Assembly: GCF_009914755.1 (NCBI RefSeq)
Contig: NC_060926.1
Length of the DNA stretch: 64,000 bases
Direction: 5' to 3' (one strand)
Origin: the human T2T-CHM13v2.0 reference genome, Homo sapiens
The translations under genes were made by a program, and so were the position numbers. The notes below the pieces were generated by a model. It saw nothing but the letters and a program-made list of their open reading frames with translations, was not told where the DNA came from and ran no database searches. How positions within the stretch are numbered: position 1 is the first letter of the stretch; every line of letters begins with the position of its first letter. Shown here piece after piece: positions 55,245 through 64,000 of the stretch.

Positions 55245-55652
<408 letters not shown>

Positions 55653-56699
55653 CAGACTTCTAGGTTAAATGGACTTGAAGTTTGCCACTTTCCTCTGAAT
55701 CTGCTTGGATTCCAGATATTTACCAATCATGCACCCTCAATCTCCTCCAAGTTGATGCCCAGCCCAATTCTCTTTCACCTTTCAAGTGCTAGACATGGTG
55801 CTTCCCCCAGTCCTGGCCTTCTTCAGCCTCTCTGTAACCTCTCACACTCCTCACCTTTAGTTTCCTAAGGTTCTCTCCTCCTCAACTTTATGACCCCATC
55901 TTGTTCCTCTACCTTCTTGCCACATTCTAATGATGATTCCTTCCTCCTACCAACAGAGTTGCTTAGGGCTCATTTCTAAGGCCTTTTCTCTCTTCCTATT
56001 TTGTTTCCCCAGATGACTGATTCATTTTCAGCCCATCAATGTTTGCCTTTCCCTGGAACAAGTCCATAAAACCAGTCCACACTTTACTTTGCCTAATGGA
56101 CACTTCTGAGCTATCTCACTCTCATAATGGTGGTGACATTATGATACTTCACAGTTTACAGGGCCATTTGTGTCATTCCTGCTGAATGGTTGCAAAACCC
56201 CATGAGACTGGTATCACCAGACCATTGCTGAGCTCTTCAGTTGGCCTTAGGGAGGGTCTCTCCTAAGAGAGGTTCCTTGGGGAAAAGAAATGCCTCTTCC
56301 TTCCTGTGTCCTGTCTGATGTGCATTCTACTGTAGGGAAACAACCAAAGTGCTTTTAGGAAAGCCCCCTCCTATGTCCAGCTGTAGAAATCCTATCAAAG
56401 ATTCAACAGTCAGGAGCTAGGTGCCCTGGATAGTGACCATAGGCAAGTATAGATGGTCAGGGACTCAACTCTAAAGCTCATGTAGCTCTGGGTTCAAATC
56501 CCAGTCCTGACTTTTTCAGAGCTGTATGGCCTTAACTATATTTTGGTTTCCTTCTCTGTCAAATAAGGGTCATAAAAATAGCTTAGAGGTTATAAACCTT
56601 AAGTGGAAAGTATACATATATCACTTGGCACAGTGTCTCGTACATAGAAAAGGCCTAATAAATGGTGGCTATCATTATTCTAAAATCTTACACCTTTAC

Positions 56700-56852
56700 C
56701 TTTGAGTCTTTGGCTCCTTCCAAAAGATCACTGAGAACCTGTATATATTCAGTCGCACCTTTAAGGATATCAACTTTGCTGGGCTTCCTGCTTTGGGGAA
56801 GAAATGGCACAAGTGCCTTCAATCTGGCAAAACCACGGTTGAGATTTTTTAT
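56700..56852 (-). CDS. FIGLA: FIGLA coding exon 2 (51 codons; helix-loop-helix)
   Basis: Manual translation [51 protein letters not shown]. Acceptor TTTTCTAG, donor AAG|GTAAAG, 153 nt, phase 0/0. Confidence 0.97.
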
Positions 56853-57619
56853 CTAGAAAACAAAAAGGCACAGTAACACACAGAGAAGCCAATTTGTATA
56901 GACATCTCCCCAAGCTACAGAAGGGGGTTGTTTCCACTGCCTCCTTGTCTGAGTGGCAAATCTAAACAGGCATATGCCCCAAAGAGTCAGTGCTCCACCA
57001 GCAGTGCAGTTCATAGTAAAGGAAGAGGGAATGGCATAAACTTGGTACTATGGGCAGATGGGCTGCAAGGTGTGTTCATGTTCATGCTGAGCTCACTCCT
57101 CTTCTTTTGAGAGCATACCCGCTGTATCATAATGCGGAGGCAGTAGAGGAGTGGCTAAAATATGAATTAACTACACCCAGGTTTAAAATCCAGGTCTATC
57201 ATTTACAAGAGTGTGTGGAATACTTCACATCACTAAGCCTGTTTGTTCATCTGCAAAATGGAAAATATCTTAAAGCTTTTTGGGGGGTGTGATTAAGTGA
57301 TATAATGTACAAATAAGATACCTCACCCAAACCTGGCACATAGAAAGTCCTCAAGAAGTGGTATTGCTGGTGATGAATCAAATGTACAAATACTTGTCAA
57401 CTCAAGCACTGAGCCATCAGCTCTTCAAACTCTTTCCCCACTGAGTTAATGATATAGAGGCAAGGGTGAGAATCCAGAGAGTTGGTGAGACTTCAAAGGC
57501 TCCTCATATTTTATTTTTCTCTCTTCTCCAGAGTCTAATCCCTGTCTCTGAAGGCCTATAATTCTGATGTTCATCCCCCTGGGAGATACAGGCCTTGGGA
57601 GAACTGGCTCCCACTATGC

Positions 57620-58360
57620 CACAAAGCCAATATATATTGAGTATATCCTACCCTGGAGCAAACCAGACAAGGGACATAGTTGGCCAATTCACAGGAGAAT
57701 ACAACAACCACTCAGTGTATAAAAAGAATTTAATAATCAAAGAACTACAAACTAAAACAGAAATTAGATACCATTTTTTATGTATCAAGGTGGTAACATT
57801 TTTGTTTTATCATACCCAGGATAAGGGATAGCTTGAAAAAGAGAACAGTCCTAGACCTGTAAGAAGGGATAAAAATTAGTAAACCTATCTAGAAAGCAAT
57901 TGGGTAACTTGTATCAAAAGCCATTCCATTGTATATGCCTTAAGTCTCAGTAATTTCACTTGTAGCATTTTATTCTAAGGAAATTATCAGACACGCACAT
58001 AGAGTTACACCGATAGGTACCGGTAAAAAGCTACAAACAGCAAACATGCCTAACAATAAGAGACTGAATACATTATGGTCCATTTTTGGACAGACTATGC
58101 AGTCAAAAACTATTCTTTGAAAGAATACTTAAGAATATAAGAAAATGCTTTTGATAATGTTAAGTGGAAAAAATTACACAAATATGTACTGAATATTTTG
58201 TAAAAATTATATATATATATATATGAATACACAAAACTAGAAAAAGACTGGGTGGATATACACAAAAATGTTCACAGTAGTTATATCTGTGTTGTGTCTC
58301 TTAACTTCTTCACTCATTTCTGTCTTTTCCAAGTGTGTTAACCTTATCATTATAAAGAAT
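57620..58360 (+). mobile_element. Ancient L1ME 3' relic
   Basis: ATAATCAAAGAACTACAAACTAAAACAGAAATTAGATACCATTTT and related L1M blocks. Confidence 0.7.
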
Positions 58361-58639
58361 AATAAAGCTTATTCGTGTTTTAGTGGATAAAACCAGGACT
58401 GATTCTCTGGAGAAGACAATTCCTTCCTGGTGGGAAGGACCACTTAAACTATTAGATCATAATCTCTTTGTAGGGCCACCGAATCAGATCACAGGGTTCT
58501 GTCCATCAAGAGTCTAGTACTGGTAAAAGAGGAGACTTAAAGAAGTCTCCTACTCTCCTGTCGTCCTTTCTGCGCTTGCCCTCTCCCTGCAAAGCTCCTA
58601 CTTGATTCACTGGGACATTTCTGAAAGGCCTAGGAACAG

Positions 58640-59960
58640 CCCCGGGCGGTACTTCTCTCCCCAGTCCCAGTCCTGAACGTGCGCTCTGCTCCCTCTTCTA
58701 CCCCTCACCCTTCTCTCTCCTGGATTCGCCTCTGCTGCAACCAAACCCGTAGACTGCAAACGCTAGGAAGGAGACCATGTCTCCCAAGTTTGGGGCTGAG
58801 TTTCGTTAGATAGTAAAATCTACCAGCAGGTGCCGCTCCAACCACGGCCCACAGGACCCTTCCCGTTTGCGAGTTGCTGCGGCTCGACTGGGAAACACTC
58901 ACTTTATCTTGACAGAGTTGAGTGGGAGTCTTGGGTGCACACTGGGACGTCGTGTTTCGTTACTTTAAAAAAGAAAAGTCACTTCCGTCAGGCCCCCCTT
59001 TCTCCTCACCCTCGTGTGTGCTTCGAGGCCGAGATGCAGAGAGCAAGAAAAAGGAGCGAAGGGGATCCCTGCGCGTCCCAAGCACCCACCAGCGCCTACG
59101 GTGTGAGATGAAGGCGCACCCCCTGGGCGCGAAGCTTTTAAAGCACCTGCCCAGGGAGACATTTTTGAAGTTGTCAGGGCCCCTCCTCTGTCCCCTCCCA
59201 GACCCGGGTCCTGCACAAATCCTGGAGGGTTAGCGGGCGAGGCGGCCACCGCAGCGGCCGCCAACGAGCAGCTGCACGGAGGTGCAGAAGAAGGAGGCCA
59301 CTGCCATTCTCCTGACAAGCTGGGGGCGTGGGAGGCCTCGGGAGCTCGAAGTCGCCTCGAGCGGGGGTGGGCGGTGAGCGGACCCCCGGGTGTTGACCAG
59401 GTGTTTGGTGGTAGAGCAGGGAAGGGGGGAACGGACGTCGACCCTAGGGATCCCTCACCCGCTCACGCTCCTTGGCGTTGGCCACACGCCGCCGCTCCAG
59501 CACCAACTGGAGGTTTTCAGTGGACGAGTAGCCGCCCGAGGGCAGCCGCTTGAGCCGGCAGACAGCGGCCAGCTGGGGCAGCGGCCCGAACTGCTCCCGC
59601 AACACGTCCTCCAGCACCTCGGCTTGCGGGGTGCCCAGGAGCGCGGGCGGCGCGGCGCGGGGATCTAGGACGCCGGGCGCGGGGTCCATGGCAGGGCCGA
59701 GGCCGCTGAGGCCGGGCTTTCACCTGCGCACCCGGGGCCGCACGAGGCCCGGGCGGGGGCGGGGCGGGGGCGGGAGCTGGACCACCTGCAACCATTCCCC
59801 GGCTGCGTATTCCAATCCCGGCCTCCTCTCTGGAGGCTGCGTCCAGGCATCGCGTTGAATAAGCCGCACAGGTGTGACTCGGGAGCGCTGGAGCGCAGCC
59901 CCGGCTGCACACCTGGAACCGCCGGGAGCGTGGTAGTGGTGTTTTTCTCAATCCACATGC
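58640..59960. promoter_or_regulatory. FIGLA: CpG island and promoter of FIGLA
   Basis: High GC and CpG density across exon 1 and the start of intron 1. Tandem GC boxes at 59751-59774, CCAAT at 59812-59816, several E-boxes. Confidence 0.85.
59459..59689 (-). CDS. FIGLA: FIGLA coding exon 1 (77 codons; N-terminus and bHLH basic region ERRRVANAKERER)
   Basis: ORF MDPAPGVLDPRAAPP...LERRRVANAKERER with strong Kozak context (GCCATGG). Donor CGG|GTGAGG at 59458. Matches the recalled human FIGLA protein. Confidence 0.97.
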
Positions 59961-60599
59961 CACGGTTCCAGTCCCCCAAATTCCCATTTAATCAATCTGT
60001 CTTGGGGCCTGAGCTTCTGGCTATGTGTATACAGAAAAATGTGATGGATATCCACAAAACTTTTTTAAGAATTCGTTTTGAAATAAAAGTTGCGGGGAAA
60101 ATGGCAAGAAGAGTTTCTAAGAGCTCCTGTACCCCCTTCGCCACGCTCTCTACTTGCTAAGTTTTCACGTTTGCTCCGTTGCCCTCTTTCTCGCTGTGAA
60201 TATTCTCATTTTCATTATTCTTTTTCCATTCTATTTGAACTATTTTCTTTTTTCGCGAGTGGGGGGATACATCGCTTTATTCATTTTCCCCCTTTTCCAC
60301 ACAGACCTTTATTGTCAACACAGCCAAACACAGTTGTTACTTCAGAAAATGTGCTGGAAAATAGCGATCCCAAACTTGTTTAATAGTAGAGTACAATTTA
60401 GTACTCTAGAAATAATTAACTACATCTTCTGTTTTGAGTAGATTACTCATGAGAGTTTGTTTCTCTGGAGGTTATCAATATAACTGGAACATTCTGATCT
60501 TGCACCTGAAAATCAGACATGTTTCTGGAAGCCCTCTGTAAAATCATTCCTTCCAAGCATAGAAATACATTTTTTTTTCTTTGGTCTGAGAAAATATTT

Positions 60600-60910
60600 T
60601 TTCTACGCTTTTGTTTCAGGTTCAGGGGTATATGTGCAGGTTTGTTAAGTGGGTAAATTGTGTGTTGCTGAGGTTTGGTGTACGAATGATCCCGTGGCGT
60701 AAGTAGTGAGCCTAGTACCCAATAGGTATCCTTCCAACCCACGCCCCCCTCTTACTTCCCCCTCAAGCAGACCCCAGTGTCTATTGTTTCCATCTTTGTG
60801 TCCCTGTGTATTCAATGTTTAGCTCACACTTATAAAGTGAGAACAGGCAATGTTTGGTTTTCTGTTTCTGTGTTAGTTCCCTTACAATAATGACGTCTAG
60901 CTGCATCCAT
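60600..60910 (-). mobile_element. L1PA/PB 3' end
   Basis: GTTCAGGGGTATATGTGCAGGTTTGTT...TAGCTCACACTTATAAGTGAGAAC. ORF 60781..61026 contains the ORF2 tail LTQKQKTKHCLFSL. Confidence 0.88.
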
Positions 60911-60929
60911 TGATCTATTCTTTTTTTAA

Positions 60930-62560
60930 AGTTTTTAAGTTGCAGACATGCTGTCATATCACCTCTAAATACTCCAGTGGGTATTCCCCCTAAACAAGGC
61001 CTCTCTTCCACATAACCGCAACACAACCACTCAAACTAGGAAGTAAGCATTGGTACTGTGCTACCATACAATCCATGGACCCCATCAAAGTACCACCAGC
61101 TGTCTCAACAATGTCTTTTTCTCTTCTGGTTGGAATCCAATCCAGGAGTACAAGTTTTATTCTGTTGTCATATTTCTACTCTCCTTCATTCTGGACCATT
61201 TCCTCCATCTTGTCCTGTCTTCATGCCCTTGACAGTTTAAAAGAGTAGGGGCCTTTCATTCTGTAGTATGTCCCTCGACCTGGGGTTGTCCACTATTTGC
61301 TCATGTCCAGACCCCAGCCATGCCTTCATGGAGGGGCTCCATATAAATGATGCTGGGCTCTTCTCAGTGCATCACATCAGGAAGTACATGAGGTTGATCT
61401 GCCCCACCACTGGTGATGTTAACCTTAATCGCCTGGTCAAGGTGGTGGTGTCAGGTTTTTTCACCATAAATTGATAAATATTTTGTGGGCCAGGCACGGT
61501 GGCTCATGCCTGTAATCCCAGCACTTTGGGAGGCTGAGGCGGGCGGATCACGAGGTCAGGAGATTGAGACCATCCTGGCTAACATGGTGAAACCCTGTCT
61601 CTATTAAAAAATATTAAAAAATTAGACGGGCGCGGTGGCGGGTGCCTGTAGTCCCAGCTACTCAGGAGGCTGAGGCAGGAGAATGGTGTGAACCCGGAAG
61701 GCGGAGCTTGCAGTGAGCCTAGATCTGTGCCACTGCACTCCAGCCTGGGCAACAGAGCAAGACTCCGTCTCAAAAAATAAAAATAAAAAAAAATTTTGTG
61801 AGGAGATACTCCTTCTCATCCATTGTTGACTCCTACCTGAATCAACCAGCACTACAATTAGAGGCAAATGATTGGCATTCTACTGTGAAAAAGAGCTTTC
61901 CCTTCTTCCCATTTATTTATTCATTTTGTATTTATGTCAGCATGGGCTCATGAATTTCTATTTTAGTCACAGGATATAATTTATTTACATCATTATGTTA
62001 ATGCTCAAATTGTCTCAGATTTGGCTTATGGGAGGCCCTCTAAGCTGGCTCCTCTGTCCTTTTCATATGACTCCCTCATTCTTTGTGCACTTTCTCACTT
62101 GTCCCAGGAAGGCTCTTCTTGAATTTTCCCAGCCCCAGCCCAGGGATCAGTCTATTCTTCTTTTAGTGGAAGGTAGGATTTAGAAACCAAGATCTGTGTG
62201 CTTGCTTGCTCATTCCTTTTGGGATGTCATTGCTTCTAAGCCCTTTTTGCAGATATGACACATATGTAGGTAAGTACACATGCATGTATTATATTATAAT
62301 AATGCATATAATATCCTCTAATATAATATAATGCATATAATAACTATATCTGTGTATCTAAGTACATATATATTTAAAACCATGAGTTCACACTAATACC
62401 TCCAACTCCAACCCAACACCTCAGGTTCCCTCTAGTTTCTCTGCTTTCCTTTTTTGTAACTCCTCACCCCATATCTGCTTTTGTAACTCCCTTCTCCAAC
62501 AATGAGAAGCTTGACTCACATTATCCTCAGTGTAATTACTTATTTGCTCAATCCCTGTAC
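60930..62560 (-). mobile_element. Old L1M 3' region with inserted AluY (61488-61793, + strand)
   Basis: L1MC-like blocks (GTGATGTTAACCTTAATCGCCTGGTCAAGGTGGTG). The Alu is flanked by TTTTGTG. Confidence 0.7.
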
Positions 62561-64000
62561 CTAACCAATTTTCTAACCACATCAGCCACCTCTTAGGCCC
62601 CACCCTTCTTCAGCTCCCACTCTGACATTGCCTCCCAGGAAAGGTCAAAGGAAAGAAGGGGACACACCAAATGTTTGACTGAGGTTCCTTGAGCATGGCC
62701 TGGGAATGGGGAAGTGTGACTGCACATCACATCCTCTATATAGCTTATTTCACAATAAACACGGGCCACTTCTGTAATTTAAAATATATTTTTAAGTAGG
62801 AAAATACTTTGTTTGCGCTAAGTTCATTTGGTGTTGTCTGCTGGCAGGCAGATGGAAAGCAACAAGGGCCAAAAGTGTGGGAAAAAGCTTAAAATGGAGA
62901 TAGCTTACCCATTTACTTAACTTTCCTTGAAAGCATCATAAAGGACATCATTGATATTATTCTATTTTATTGCCAAACCTTGCAGTGAACAAGGTGGTGT
63001 ACATTAGGAACCCATTGTGAGCACACCAGATTTGATTCCTTCATACCTGTGTTCTTCCATAAACTCCAACTCTTAACTTTCTGGCCTCTGGTCTGTTAGA
63101 TTCATACGTTATGTCATTGTTCTCAGGGAAAGCAATCATGTGAACTGATTTAAGCTAAAGTGTTACACCTGATGGTGACTTAGGGCTGATACCTTGCCAT
63201 ACACCCAATAATACAATGGCCTAATGAACAAAAAGTTTCACTATCCTCTAACAGTGTGAAAGGTTTAGGTCAGCTCTGCTCCTCAAGGTCACTTGGGGAC
63301 TTAGGTTCCTTCCAAATTATTGTTCTTCCATCCCTTAGGGTCAACTCCCCTACAGCATTGTCATCATTGGCATGGCTGAGGCTCGGTAGCCACCGTATCT
63401 GGGTTCCAGGAGAAGGGCACGGAAGAGATCTTAAGGCCTGACCAGAGGTGGCACATAGGATTCAACTCACATGCCATTGGCAGGAATTCACACATGGCTA
63501 CACACGGATGCAAGAAAGGGTGGGGGAATGTAGTCTGACTGGGGAGCCATGTGCCTGGCTACAATTCTGTTCAATGGGGAGAACGCATTTGGTTGACAAC
63601 AGGAGTCTCTGTCCTAGTGCCCCTCTTCTGTGCTCCAGTAGTGCCCATAAGCCTCTGCGAGATCATTTATTTCTCTTATTTTGGCTCCTTGAAGGAGGAT
63701 CACTGGCCACAGCATCTCCAGCACCTACGGAGTGCTGGCTTGGCACACAGTAGACATGCAATAAACATTTGTTGAATGAGTGAGAAGGCAAATGAATGAA
63801 TGATGCTTGCAATGAAGTAAAAAAGCTACTTTGACATGGGTAAAATAAGAACCTGCTTATTCAGGTAAAATCTTTCACGTTTTGCCATAGCTGCTTGACC
63901 CTATAATATATATTTGTGAATAAATAAATAGATGAATGAAAAAGCTTACCTAAGTTTACATAGAAAGTAGGAAGATCTCTCTGCCATGGAAAATTGAAGG

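Overview
Human (primate) genomic DNA, rich in Alu, L1, L2, MIR and MaLR repeats. By recall it is the ADD2-FIGLA region of chr2p13. The complete five-exon oocyte bHLH gene FIGLA lies on the minus strand (ATG 59689, stop 46418-46420, AATAAA 46377-46382). Its exons splice through canonical GT-AG junctions into a 219-aa ORF. A second CpG island at about 36.2-37.5 kb holds the minus-strand first exon of ADD2 (donor at 36936), so positions 1-36936 are ADD2 intron 1. No other convincing protein-coding gene, RNA gene or CRISPR array is present. The most interesting signals concern the FIGLA 3' end. Exon 4 sits antisense inside an old L1 relic and carries a perfect NF-E2/NRF2 site. Skipping exon 4 leaves no stop codon before the poly(A) site. 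A competing stop plus ATTAAA lies in intron 3. Other signals are a CACCTG E-box cluster in the FIGLA promoter, a sense-oriented THE1/MST LTR with a DUX4 motif and donor in ADD2 intron 1, and a 20-bp minisatellite of CpG-decayed E-boxes. Repeat subfamily names and boundaries were read by eye and are approximate. All functional proposals are hypotheses.
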